A DNA stretch of 64,000 bases from Eledone cirrhosa (lineage: Eukaryota): assembly GCA_964016885.1 (NCBI GenBank), contig OZ024741.1, positions 19,530,001 through 19,594,000 of the forward strand, given 5' to 3'. The first letter of the stretch is position 1; each line of letters opens with the position of its first letter. Under the pieces are notes generated by a model that worked only from the letters and a program-made list of their open reading frames with translations, searched no databases and was not told where the DNA came from. Shown here piece after piece: positions 11,940 to 26,216 of the stretch. The translations under genes and the position numbers were made by a program.

Positions 11940-12357
11940 TGAGTGGCTGAATTGACGAAAGAATACGATCCCGAATACGAGTGGCCGAAATGGGGTCTCT
12001 CCGAAGGATTTTTGGAGTAACGGTACTCTATAGAGTGTGTAATTCAGAGATGAGAGAGTCACTTCAGGTAGAGCTACTACTTCTCCGAATTGAGAGATCA
12101 CAGCTCCGATATTTTGGGTTTAGAATGTCTCAAGAAAGAATCGTTGGACAGATTTTTACGGGCAAAACCAACCGGCAGCAGACCCAGGAGTAGAGCCCTA
12201 GCAAGATGGTTGGATAACATTCAGGAGCTTGGCTGGTCTCGCTTGGGGATCCAGCCAGATTAATTGGAGACGGTTGCTTTTGAGAGGACCTGTTTGAAGG
12301 AGTGTTTGAGGACTCTGTCCCAACGATCCTTTCAGGAATAAGTAGGCGACGAAGAAG
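11940..12357 (+). pseudogene. RTE-clade LINE 3' fragment
   Basis: AEMGSLRRIFGVT..RIERSQLRYFG..RM, typical of an RTE C-terminus. Confidence 0.75.
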
Positions 12358-12442
12358 CTAAATTGACTATTATAACACAACTCTATCGTTTTTCAAACGA
12401 TGATGTGGTATGAAGCGCGCCAGCTTAAACTGTGTATGTATT

Positions 12443-12681
12443 ACAGCTCACACCTATGCAGGTTTAGCTGGCCTCCTCCAAGGTATATCTTGTTGGAGGT
12501 GTCTTGGGTGATTTAATGATAGGGACCCCAGTCCTATCATCTCATTTCTACAGATGAGTAAACTGGAGCAACGTGAAATAAAGTGTCTTGCTCAAGGAAA
12601 TAACACATCACCCGGTCCGAGTATTGAACTCACAACTTTTCGATTGCAAGCTCAATGCTCTAACCACTAAGCCATGCGCCT
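12443..12681 (-). mobile_element. tRNA-derived CORE-like SINE
   Basis: Head GGCGCATGGCTTAGTGGTTAG..GAGTTCAAT; CCTTGAGCAAGACACTTTA block; near-identical to 25310-25549. Confidence 0.8.
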
Positions 12682-13364
12682 TAAACTGGCGACAGTCAAA
12701 TGATTGAAACCAGTAAACGATATATAAAAGGATATATTTAATGCCATATGAATTTCTTACAACATTCAATTAATTTTCATAGATTCTATAAAGCATTTGC
12801 ATATAAATGTCATACAACTTTTATATATCTCATATACATATAACTTTAATACATTCACAGGATGTGCGGTATATTGTTTAGTGTGTTGAGAGAAGGATCG
12901 CAAACCGTGGGTTCGATCTACAGACAGGGCGGTGAGTTTTATCCTTGAAAAACACATATCATTTCACATTGCTCCAATGCAATCAGCTGGAAAAAATATT
13001 GTGTCTCACCTACAGAGTCCGACCTTGTACGTTCAGTCACTTAAGGCTGAGATAAGCTCCGACCTACGGTAGTGGAAAAGATTTTTAACATTTAACTTTG
13101 AAATAAATGTTAAACATCAATTTCATACTCTTCATGATTCTCATATATATACTATATATATATACGCTGTGTACATTCTATAACTGTTATATAACCTTAA
13201 TATATGTTTCCATTATGATCCTATTAAACATATTCCCCTCTCAGATTCACACACACATACTCTCACACACACACATATATATATATTACTTCAATAACCA
13301 CTTCATTGATTTCTCCAAACCATACATATAATGATTCGATAACTAGTTTTTATTGCAGTGATCA

Positions 13365-13404
<40 letters not shown>

Positions 13405-13975
13405 AACCTCTCACACACACAAACACACTCTCTCACACACAAACACACTCTCTCACACACAAACATACACTCTCTCTCACACATAAACACCCACCCACAC
13501 ACACACTCTCTCTCACACACAAACACACACTCACACACACACACACACACACACTCTATCTCTCTCTCTCACACACACACACGATAGACACAACATATTC
13601 AGTGATAAAACGAAAGAAAACAGAAACCACAAGCTAATCCCCGAAACAATACAATACAACACAATACAACATGTCCACACAATGGCCAACAATACGGTCT
13701 AAATGGGACTACAACCTTTCACTTATATTACTATATTCTTCTCTATGTCTGTCTCACCTAGAAATAATCAATATGTACATTAAATAACAGGATGGCAGGT
13801 AATACAGTTAATTAATATCTACAGTTTCTTTAGAAATAATCTTATTCAGTGAATCTCTTTAATCGAGTTGTATTCTCTAATCTCTAGCTTTTGTCTGTGT
13901 CACTCCATGGCGAAATATTTTGCTTCGTTCATTGTTTGGGCTTTCTTGATGTCCAACCAACCATGTATGAAAGAA

Positions 13976-14101
<126 letters not shown>

Positions 14102-15732
14102 TTTATGGTTTATGTATGTATGTATGTATATATCGGGTCACTCTTGAGTGCTACTGGTAACATGTAACCCAGTACAACCTATCGCATGGTCGGCTCGTCG
14201 GCGACTAAACTGGCAAACCCCACCAAGTTTACTTGCTGAGGAGGTGATATTAGACACCCTGCAGGACAAAAAACAAAACCTGACAAAGGGCGGAAGCATT
14301 CATAAGAGTTAACGGCCATCCAAAAATGTGTAAATATGTATATACATGTATATATGCGTATATATGTGTAGATATGTGTATATATGTATGTATGTATATA
14401 CATGTATACATGTGTATATATATATACGCGGGGACATAGAAATAATCGGGCTAGATACCCGATCGCGCAGTTAAACCACTTGGAGTGAAGGACCTGTAGC
14501 GCTCTCTAGATAAAGGGAAGTAGCTAGAGTTGTTTCCCGTAGAATTTTTAGAACATTCCTTGAACTTCCGTTCCAGGTATTATAAAAGAAAGAGAAAAGG
14601 GCAACCCTCCTCTCTTTGGCAGCAGGCTCTAGAACTGACCACACCGAGCACGAATATGTTAACCTTCTTCCAATATCTTGTATTTCAGGATTACACTTCT
14701 ATCATGTCACAAGGTACGTTTTACTACCAAGTTGTAATACGCACACTACAATAAATATACAAATTGTTATTGATACTCGTTTGAGATATTCCCTGCTTCA
14801 TTTTATTACGCTGAATGTAGAGAGATAATTCTAACCAAGAAAAATCACATAAAAGTTCTTCTATATCTTCTTTCAAATTAAATTAGTGGTTGGTATGCAG
14901 TGGTATTTACCGGAGTAAATAACCCAATGACCAACCCACTAAAGATCTTTGTCAGGGCATTCTTCTAGGAGAAGGCATCTTAGGAAACTGGGTTAACTCC
15001 GACATAAAACCTGCGGCTCAGTAGTTACCGATGATGTTGATCTTTTCTTCTTTTCGAGTTATAGCTACTGTCGCTCAGAGAGTCGGATTAGCTCAGTGCA
15101 CAGTCTTACCTCCCTTTAAAAACTCTTCACTCACAGGCATTGTACGATAGAATTAATTAATAATTATTAATAATGGTATATCGTGCAATAGCCATACTCG
15201 ATAACGAGGGGGGCAGCCATCATATATATATATATATATGTATATATAAACAGACACATGCATATACATACATACAATACATACATATACACACATACAT
15301 TCATACATACATTCATGCATGCATACATACACGCGTACATATATATATGTATGTATTTATGTATGTATGTATGCATATGTATGTATACGTATATAACAAC
15401 AATAACAGCAACAACAAAATCAACAACCATTAATTGTTTCTACATTTGTCACAAGGTCAACAATTTGAAGTGAAGGAGAAAGTCGATTAATCGACCCCAG
15501 AACGGATGAAAGGTAAATCTACTTTCTTTTGTCAGTCTCGTGATGATGACAGGCATACCAACTTGCGCGGGATTTGAACTCAGATCGTAAAGAGACGTAA
15601 CCATAGGCCGCAAATTATGTTGTCCGACGCTCTACTGATTCTGCCAAATGTTTTGTTTTTAGCCATAAGAGTACAGTAAACATAATAAACCTCCGGGTTA
15701 CAATATATGTGAGGCTGGACAAACAATATTAT

Positions 15733-15917
15733 GGATTGGCAGTATCGGTAGAGGGTCGGACGTCATGCTTTGATGCATAGAGTTATAGCCCTTGCCATTC
15801 TGAGTTCAAATCCCACCGAGGTTAACTTTGCCTTTCATCCTTACGGGGTCGATAAAATAAAGTACCAGTAATGCACTGGGTAATTGGTGGCCTTGTGCCA
15901 AAAGTAAAAACAATTAT
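15733..15917 (+). mobile_element. tRNA-derived SINE with a Meta-like central domain
   Basis: B box GAGTTCAAATCCC; GCCTTTCATCCTTACGGGGTCGATAAAATAAAGTACCAG; further copies at 24489, 56335 and 63734. Confidence 0.8.
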
Positions 15918-16289
15918 ATATATATCAATGAGGCTAGACTTGAAGATTATATACTATGCTATAGAACGACTAATTTCATGAAGCGTGGACAATAATTAAC
16001 ATATGTGATATAAACCATGAAACCATTTACAGTCATCCACCCCCACCACCTGATATACACAAGTGGGTACATACTAGTTATGCCAAGTCAGAGTACTCCA
16101 TTTCTGCTTGCTCATCATACATTTTAGATTTCTCAAGAATCCCCGAAATCCCCTATAGGCATTACCTTGCGGGTTCATCAACAAAAGTACCCATAATATG
16201 TAGATAGAAGTACTATTTCTTCATATACGTCTTTTGTTGTTAGATTTAAACATCTATTATCCTGTAGCTCTCTGTTGCAATCTCCGACG

Positions 16290-16585
16290 TCCATATTCAT
16301 CCCCATACTGTGTTGGTTTTCATCCATTTTGTTAAGCAAGCCAGTGTTATCAAAATGTATGAATTGGAGGAGGTTAAGCTGGAATCTGACTCTAGATCAA
16401 CAAATAAGGTGTTTTGGCAAATCAACCGCACACTTCATAATAAGAATCCATTCTCTACATCTGCTATCAGGAAGGCGTCTGGGATTCTCCTCTCCTCAGA
16501 GAGGTGCCCCCTCTCGAGGTGGAGAGAATACTTTGCTGATCATTTAAACCCGGTCGCAACAGCAACTTCTGACGTACACGAGGTC
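16290..16585 (+). pseudogene. LINE (probably RTE) ORF fragment
   Basis: KVFWQ..RWREYFADHLN linker-type motif. Confidence 0.5.
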
Positions 16586-16865
16586 CATATATATAGTAAT
16601 AATAAAAGTGAAGACTAAAGGGTGAAAGCAGCCATTCTTTGCTTAAACTTTAATCTGTTCATATAATATATATATCTGTATATATATATATATTATAAGA
16701 ACAGATTAAAGTTTAAGCATCTATTATCATAGGCCGCAAATTATGTTGTCCGACGCTCTACTGATTCTGCCAAATGTTTTGTTTTTACCCACAAGAGTAC
16801 AGTAAATATAATAAACCACAAGAGTACAGTAAACATAATAAACCTCCGGGTTACAATATATCACG

Positions 16866-17918
16866 ATGGGGTCCAGTGACTCGGCGCAGGCAACCGACCT
16901 GGTCGGAATATACCTCCTCCATAAGCTTAGGGACGAGATACCGGCCCTACAAGGAGGTGTGTATAGGGACGACGCCATGTTTACTGTTAGGAACCATAGC
17001 CCCCGTAGAATAGAGAACGTTAACAAGCACATACACAGGTTCTTCAAGTCATACGGCCTATCCGTAACTATGGACCTCAACCACCAGGTGGTCAATTTCC
17101 TGGACGTGACCCTGGAGTTGAGTACGGGCCTATACAAGCCATACCATAAGCCTGGAGAGAGCCTTTCGTATATTAATTATGCCTCCAACCACCCTAAGCA
17201 GGATCTCAACTCCATAGTTTATAGCATCTCACGTAGGATCTCGAGGCTTTCCGCCAATGGGGATATCTTCAACCAAGCGGCAGATTACTACAATAAGGCC
17301 TTGATAAGCGCCGGGTTTAACCGAAGAATCTCCTACATTCCTAATGCTAACTCCAGAAACCACCCCTCTCATAAGACTAACGTTATAGTAAGCCATACCT
17401 ATAACCGAACGCGCGGCGGCTTTGAAAGAGTCAAATATAATAGTATAGAAAATCGCACTAGAGAACACGGCCATAATTTCACAAGCGATAGTATTGGTAG
17501 CTTACCACACAATAAAGATCACGACCCCAGTGACAGTGACCACTGCAGCCTACTTGAATTATTCCCCTACTATAAGATCAACAAAGGCGATGGCCTACTA
17601 CCAACGCTTTCCAACCAGAGTCTTCCTATACATAAACGTAGCAGAAGGAAGACGAGTGCACCCGAGCATAAAGCGAAAGGGACACGCATGCATAAGAACG
17701 GTCACCCTGATAGCACAACCCTTAGCAAACGTACTAAGACACATAATAGCCACCGTAACGTCCTATGGTTCCATCCTCCCTACTCCCGGATTGTGGCCTC
17801 CGATATATCCCGGATATTCTTCGAAGCCTTAGAGAAGAACTTCTCACCCAGCCATAAGTATAGGAAAATCCTTAATAGGAACAATATAAAATATCCTTCT
17901 CTACTACTCCTAACCTAG
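16866..17918 (+). pseudogene. PLE reverse transcriptase (motifs 4-7 and thumb), 5'-truncated and frameshifted near 17890
   Basis: MGSSDSAQ..YRDD..VNFLDVTL..YKPYHKP..SNHP..VLWFHPPYS..HKYRKILNRNNIK. Confidence 0.88.
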
Positions 17919-18279
17919 CAGATATCATAGGAACAACTAATCACAGTAAGATCACCAAAACACAGCACCTTAGCACCGATACACCTACACCTGGCAACAA
18001 CTATATCGGCCTGGACGACTCCCTAGCAACACGCAATAGTGCTGGCAACAGCCACTACAGACGCAACTAACATAACCGCGACATGACTGGGGAACATGCA
18101 GGTGACCCGCACGGGTCACCTGACGGCAACAGAAGATGCTGCTGCGTGCGGAATAATAATGGTACCACCCCGCACACAATGGGTTATAATGGTACCAATG
18201 ACAGGTGTAGGGGCGTAGGTAACAACATAGATAGCAATAATAATAGCCTTACCGTGGGAACTAGAAGAGACCGCGACCG

Positions 18280-18717
18280 AAATTGCAACTGCCGCGACAG
18301 AGGACGCTGCCCCCTCAGGGGTAACTGCCTGACTGATAGGGTTATTTATAGGTGCACCGTAAGTAGCCATAATAGCGTTAAACATTATATAGGGGCTAGG
18401 CTATCTCTGGCCCGTTGAAAAATAGATTTCGAACACATCTCCACTCTTTCGCAAACAAGAAACTAAGACATTCCACTTCGCTCGCGAATTACATCACAGC
18501 ATTAAAAGACTCAAACATCAGCTTCTCCACGCACTGGGAAATGGACGGCAGGGCTGCACCGTACAATTTCAAGAGAAAGTGTGAGCTTTGCATCATGGAG
18601 CTTTACCATATCATAACGGCACCCCACGAACTCATCAACAGCAGAGCAGAAACGACGATAAGCTATGCACACCGCTTAAAAATATCCTTCTCCAGATGGA
18701 ATAAGAATGGGGAGTAA
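18280..18717 (+). pseudogene. GIY-YIG endonuclease of the same Hydra-type PLE, frameshifted
   Basis: CNCRDRGRCPLRGNC, VIY..HYIG, then RFRTH.HSF..STSL..W..CELC..E..NSRAE. Confidence 0.85.
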
Positions 18718-19091
18718 AAGCCGTAAACCGGGTCGCCCTGCACCAGATTTTAACACCCCGGCGGGGCAGGCGTTGCAAAAAGCATCCGGAAACTAACCAT
18801 GCATCCCAGACACGGCACAAATCGACCCAGGCGGGCCGGCGGAGCAAACAAACATCTGGAAAATAATGTTGCATACCTGACCCGGTGCGTATCGACAATG
18901 GTAACGCTGCAACTACAAAGTAATGACGGATAAAAAGTCACCTGGAGAATTGCTGCTCTAACACCGGTTAGAGTCATCTCCCTTGACCTACTGCAAAATC
19001 AATACATGTTTTGTTACGAAGAATGAACTGTGACGTGAACTTATTTCTAAAAACCCATTCTGGGTCATGTAAGGAACGCTTTTTAGTTTTT

Positions 19092-19132
19092 ATGCCTTTG
19101 AGAAGCCCTTTCGGGCGAAACGTACATAGGTG
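19092..19132 (+). ncRNA. Hammerhead variant (U3-A8) near the 3' end of the PLE at 16862-19190
   Basis: TTGAGAA gccc tttc gggc GAAA cgtac..; stems I and III imperfect. Confidence 0.55.
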
Positions 19133-19212
19133 CTATTTTAAATAAACATGTTTTAACGGTTTGTTCTCCTTTATATATTTCTCCACGTATATATATATTT
19201 ATATATATATAG

Positions 19213-19391
19213 ATAGATAGATATATGCATACATATAAAAGTACATATGTATATATACAGAATTTCTAATCCCTGACGAGACACTGCATACATAAGCCAC
19301 ATTGTATAAATAAAATGTCACTCTACATTCGTTACATATAACTGTATTGATTCCTTTCTCGTATAACTTCTTAATCTTTAGAGTGAGATTA

Positions 19392-19458
<67 letters not shown>

Positions 19459-19634
19459 CTCACTCTAAAGATTAAGAAGTTATACGAGAAAGGAATCAAT
19501 ACAGTTATATGTAACGAATGTAGAGTGACATTTTATTTATACAATGTGGCTTATGTATGCAGTGTCTCGTCAGGGATTAGAAATTCTGTATATATACATA
19601 TGTACTTTTATATGTATGCATATATCTATCTATC
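19213..19634. repeat. Inverted repeat with ~180-bp arms centred on a (TA)n tract
   Basis: 19213-19392 is the reverse complement of 19454-19634. Confidence 0.9.
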
Positions 19635-19656
19635 GGTTGGATGGCCACTGATGAAC

Positions 19657-20348
19657 GACGGTTGGATGGCCACTGATGAGGACAAACTATTTCATATGTA
19701 ACCCATTTGCAGCGCCGCAGCTCCATTATTATCATATTTACGCATATATTTTTTCCTCCGCTGTTTCGTTCTTTGTGTCTTTACCCTTTCTAGCAGTCTC
19801 TCTCTCTGTTAGCCTGTTCCTCACCTTTCACTCACTCACTCTCTGTCACTACCTCTCCTCCTCCCCTTTCTTCCCGTTTGACCTGTCCATAATCCTTTTC
19901 TCGCGGGCACTTGGCTAAGCCGGTATGAATTTTTTTTCTCTCTCTCTCGTCTGCGACTTCACAGAACTTATGTTTACCGAATTCGCAGACCAGACCCCTT
20001 CTTCCTCCCGTTAGACCTGTGCGAAATTCCTTCCTCGCTCACATTTCAACCAGGTTTGATGGTCTTTATTCTCTCGTTCACGATTCCACCGAATTTATAT
20101 TCATAGAAATCTGGGACTTGTTTCCTTCTTCCTCACTTTCTGCTGCTTAAACCATTTTGTTTGTTTACCCTAGCGTCCCCTTTATTTACGTGTCCCAACG
20201 ACTTTTTTTTAGCCGTTGCTCGCACCAACCTGAGGTATATGGCCTTTAATGCGACGAAATGCCTACGACGGTTGGATGGCCACTGATGAGGACAAACTTT
20301 TTCATATGTAACCCATTTGCAGCGCCGCAGCTCCATTATTATCATATT

Positions 20349-20350
<2 letters not shown>
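19657..20350 (+). repeat. Element bounded by ~85-bp direct repeats (period ~610) containing CTGATGAG
   Basis: GACGGTTGGATGGCCACTGATGAGGACAAACT..ATCATATTTAC at ~19657 and ~20266. Confidence 0.7.
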
Positions 20351-20390
<40 letters not shown>

Positions 20391-20393
<3 letters not shown>

Positions 20394-20612
20394 CGAAGGA
20401 AATGTGGTAAGGAACCAGGTGGACCATAACGCACCAAAGTACTCAATACTTAGGGTAGTAGAGTGGGTAATAGAAACAAGAAGGACCCCGACGGCTGAGC
20501 TCAAGCCTTTTCGACGGCTAATTCTGGACTAAATGAAAATTATTATTCATTTAGTCCAGACTTAGCCGTCGAAACGGCTTGAGCTCAGCCGTCGGGGTCC
20601 TACTCGTTCCTA
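20391..20612. mobile_element. Fold-back family F1, copy A, in (TA)n
   Basis: Starts TAACGAAGGAAATGTGGTAAGG; ~80-nt unpaired tail, then a hairpin with apex ~20541. Confidence 0.88.
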
Positions 20613-20721
20613 TATATATATATATGATAGGCTAAAAAACATAGCTTGTACTTATGCGAGATTGATAGATAATGAATTTTCATGGACACGAATCCCTCTC
20701 TCTCTCTCTCTCTCTCTCTAC

Positions 20722-20795
<74 letters not shown>

Positions 20796-20915
20796 GTACA
20801 AAAAAAAAGATACACATACCTTCTTATTTTCATACAAAAATATTGACACGCACATAAACAAGCACACACACACATAAACACACAGACATACTTTCACACA
20901 CACACACACACTCAG

Positions 20916-21012
<97 letters not shown>

Positions 21013-21566
21013 CCATACTCACATGCAAACAGATGTAAACAAAAACAATATTCAATCTCTTGCAATAGTTCTGTGTTGAATTGTACAGATGCCAACAAAA
21101 GATATTTGCTCATCTTTCAGTAATTAACTCCAGATGAAAATATATTGTAAAACGATGTTATCATCTGTTATCAGTTAAACCTTATCTGATGACAGGACTT
21201 TATCAGATAAAAAGATTCCTTCCGATTGAATATAACACTAGCGTTGTTGTTATCTTGAAACTCAAGTACCAGTCTTTCATGCTCAAACACCGCCAATTCT
21301 GAAATAATTACCTGATCTACCTTCATATATCACTCGGTATGTTATAGATTATATTTAGAATTGAAGAAAGCTTCCACATCACTGACAAATTTGTATAACC
21401 CTTTGGGCTGGTTATATTTTCGACGATGGGCGTACGAACAATTTTATCTCAGGCGTAACTTCCGACTACAAAACGTAAGACTTTCAAACGAGACTCCAAC
21501 CGAACTCCTGACCACGAGACACGCTACTGATAGTCCACCGAGTACATTTCTTTAATCCCAAAAGGG

Positions 21567-21840
21567 TGTTAACCACAACACAAATATTCCAGTTAACCAC
21601 AACACAAATATACCAGTTAACCACAACACAAATATACCAGTTAACCGCAACACAAATATACCAGTTAACTACAACACAAATATACCAGTTAACCACAACA
21701 CAAATATACCAGATAAACACAACACAAGTATACCAGTTAACCAAAACACAAATATACCAGTTAACCACAACACAAATATACCAGTTAACCACAACACAAG
21801 TATACCAGTTAACCACAACACAAGTATACTAGTTTAACCA
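21567..21840. repeat. 24-bp minisatellite (CCAGTTAACCACAACACAAATATA)
   Basis: About 11 tandem units. Confidence 0.95.
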
Positions 21841-21915
21841 ACATATCGAGAAAAATCTGGAATATTCAAAACCTAAATCACTGCTATAGAGATTGGAGTC
21901 AGAGGATTTGTGGAC

Positions 21916-22422
21916 AAGACCAGCAGTCGTAAGACCAACAGCCGTAAAACCAGCAGTCATAAGACCAGCAGCTGTAAGACCAACAGTCGTAAGACCAGCA
22001 GCCGTAAGACCAGCAGTCGTAAGACCAGCAGTCGTAAGACCAGCAGCCGTAAGACCAGCAGCCGTAAGACCAGCAGCCGTAAGACCAGCAGCCGTAAGAC
22101 CAGCAGTCGTAAGATCAGCAGCCGTAAGACCAGCAGCCGTAAGACCAGCAGTCGTAAGACCAGCAGCCGTAAGACCAGCAGCCGTAAGACCAGCAGTCGT
22201 AAGATCAGCAGTCGTAAGATCAGCAATCGTAAGATCAGCAGTCGTAAGACCAGCAGTCGTAAGATCAGCAGTCGTAAGACCAGCAGTCGTAAGATCAGCA
22301 GTCGTAAGACCAGCAGTCGTAAGATCAGCAGTCGTAAGACCAGCAGTCGTAAGATCAGCAGTCGTAAGACCAGCAGTAGGAAGACCAGCAGTAGGAAGAC
22401 CAGCAGTCGTAAGACTAGCAGT
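21916..22422. repeat. 15-bp minisatellite (AGACCAGCAGTCGTA)
   Basis: About 33 tandem units with C/T variants. Confidence 0.95.
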
Positions 22423-22543
22423 CACCCATACAGGTATGTATGGGTGACTGCTGGTTTCCATAAACAACCTTGCCCGGACTTGTCCCTCGGAGGGTAACTT
22501 TCTAGGTGCAAATCTCATGGTCATTCGTATCCGAAGGGGGTCT

Positions 22544-22602
<59 letters not shown>

Positions 22603-23028
22603 CAGAAACACCGAATATTCAAAGCGTTGTCAAACTAACAAATGTTTCTGCCGGCCTAAAATGTTTACCGTTGAGTTATTGTATAACTTAACCCGTAGGT
22701 ATCAATTCAGGATCGGTATCATCAGAGTTTATTAAAGGCTTCAATAATATTTTACATATAGCAACAGTTCATTACATTAATGTACTCATTAATTATTCAT
22801 CATGGTAATAATTTACAGAGGTTTGCAAGGAAGTTTTGAATTTTTTTTTAAATAACAAAGAAAAAAAAAACAATTGAAAAAAATCGTATACTGTTCAAGA
22901 ATGGTAATACTGAAGAGATGACTGTGAGAGTTAGAGAGAATATTATATTGAGTAATTACAGAGAATCTTATTTTGAAAGAAACGTATTTATATAACCATA
23001 AGTTTAACTACTCTAGTTAATATTATAA

Positions 23029-23776
<748 letters not shown>

Positions 23777-23779
<3 letters not shown>

Positions 23780-24048
23780 CGAAGGAAATGAGGTAAGGAA
23801 CCGAGTGGACCATAACTCACCACAGCACTCGATACTTTGGGTAGTAGAGTGGGTAATAAAAAAGGTTCAGGACCCCGACGGCAGAGCTCAAGCCATTTCG
23901 ACGGCTATATCTGGACTAAATTAAATCTTTAGCGGGGTATGGAATTACCCCTTGAAAAGTTCGGCCATATCATTACCACGCTAAAAATTTAATTTAGTCC
24001 AGATATAGCCGTCGAAACAGCTTGAGCTCTGCCGTCGGGGTCATGGAC

Positions 24049-24052
<4 letters not shown>
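23777..24052. mobile_element. Fold-back family F1, copy B (longest), containing a full U3-A8 hammerhead at 23947-24041
   Basis: acccc TTGAAAA gttcggccatatc..gatatagccgtc GAAA cagc..gcc GTC ggggt. Confidence 0.85.
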
Positions 24053-24083
<31 letters not shown>

Positions 24084-24223
24084 GTAGTTCCACAACAGTT
24101 TGTTCAGCATTACCGAGAACATTTGTTCTCGGTGAACTAACTGTTGTGGAAATACTTCTACCAAACTCTCGTCCCATGAACTGAGAGCTCTACTACTATG
24201 GATATAACCCACTAGTGTTCTAC

Positions 24224-24310
<87 letters not shown>

Positions 24311-24488
24311 CAAGTAAACAGAAATAACAAAGGAAACGATACAGTACATTGAAGAAATAGCAGGAAAAGAGTCTTAACGGTTCAGACACTAGCCCTTCAT
24401 TAGAAAAGAGAGTTAGAAAAAGATAAAATAGAAAAATAAACAGTGAGAAGATGAATGAACGGGAATATATATATATATATATATATAT

Positions 24489-24673
24489 AATTGTTTCTAC
24501 TTTAGGCACAAGGCCAGCAAATTACCCAGTGTATTACTGTTACTTTATTTTATCGACTCCGTAAGGATGAAAGGCAAAGTTAACCTCGACGGGATTTAAA
24601 CTCAGAATGGCAAGGGCCGTAACTCTTTGTGTCACAGCATGGCGTCCGACCCTCTACCGATACTGCCAATCCA
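24489..24673 (-). mobile_element. tRNA-derived Meta-like SINE
   Basis: Reverse complement of the 15733-15917 family. Confidence 0.8.
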
Positions 24674-24721
24674 CCGATATAAATAGAGGATATATGTATC
24701 GTAAGAGAGGAGAGAGAGAGA

Positions 24722-24777
<56 letters not shown>

Positions 24778-25072
24778 TGTGATACAGTATACTAAATGCC
24801 GATAGCCGAAGCGAGTAAGAACACACACAACCCAGGAACAATAATTGAACTCCTATCTTGATTAACCTCTGCCTTGATGAACTGTCACCCAGATTGGCTG
24901 CTTAGACCAACTTTGATTGGCATCTGTGTAAACAACGATATCTTCTCTGAGGATTCTATACGACAGCGGTAACAATTTACATGTAAGTAAATAAGTTACT
25001 TGCTGTGGTGTAGGTGAAACATCATGTAAGAAGTAAAATTTTGTTTTAAACGAACTGCAACTCCTCCATTTA

Positions 25073-25120
<48 letters not shown>

Positions 25121-25179
25121 TTTCTTCGAATGAAACAGTTCTAGTCCTGTAGAAGCCAATGTATTGAGTACCTTACGGT

Positions 25180-25212
25180 GGTTGTGTGTGTGTGTGTGTG
25201 ACAGCTCACACC

Positions 25213-25245
<33 letters not shown>

Positions 25246-25549
25246 CAGCTCACACCTTTGTGTGTGTGTGTGTGTGACAGCTCACACCTATGTGTGTGTG
25301 TGTGTGTGTGACAGCTCACACCTATGCAGATTTAGCTGGCCTCCTCCAAGGTATACCTCGTTGGAAGTGTCTTGGGTTATTTAATGATAGGGACCCCAGT
25401 CCTATCATCTCATTTCTACAGCTGAGTAAACTGGAGCAACGTGAAATAAAGTGTCTTGCTCAAGGAAACAACACATCACCCGGTCCGAGAATTGAACTCA
25501 CAATCTTTCGATTGCAAGCCCAATGCTCTAACAACTAAGCCATGCGCCT
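25180..25549 (-). mobile_element. CORE-like SINE with a tandemly reiterated 3' end
   Basis: Same family as 12443-12681; ACAGCTCACACCT occurs four times, separated by (GT)n. Confidence 0.8.
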
Positions 25550-26216
25550 TACTGTGGTTATCCTCGATTGAACCGAGAGAGTGTGTGTGTGTGTGGCTGA
25601 GGTGTATCATTATTAATATCTGTTATAAATGCCCTTTACTTAAATATACATCTGGGATGTGTTAATCACTTTTATATGAAATTGTTTGTACTATTAAATA
25701 TCATCTATCACTTGATAAACATACCGAGAGAATTGACAACGTCTTACTTCTGTAGATGATGTCATTCATTGTTACAGTACACATCATCTCTTTAAGCTCC
25801 TTAGCTTAGGCATATATAAATACTTTATCCTTTTTAAATAACACACGTTAGATTGATAGACTGGACAACAAAATGGAGATAGAGAAATACAGCATTTGTC
25901 AGCGTGTCTACGTGTGAGTGTGCGCATGTGTGTGTTTGTGAGTGCGTCCTTTTGTTTGTGGGTATGAGTGTATACATGTATGTGTATGCTTGTGTATGCT
26001 TGTATGTGAAAAAATAGGGTGAAAAAGAAAAAACAACAGAGAATGGAAAGATTGGCAAAAAGAGAGGACATTATATAAATTTCGTACTCAAATAGACAAA
26101 AATATATTGGGTTGTCTACGATCTACTCCCCAAATAGCTACTTTTAACCCCAACTCTTTTGTTGATAGAAGTGTCTAACTTCTCAGGTTTAAATGCGAGA
26201 GAAAACAGCATGATGT

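Noticed and set aside
25470-25549. tRNA-like sequence with A/B boxes
   Set aside because: It is a SINE head continuing into a CORE-like body, with no convincing complete cloverleaf.
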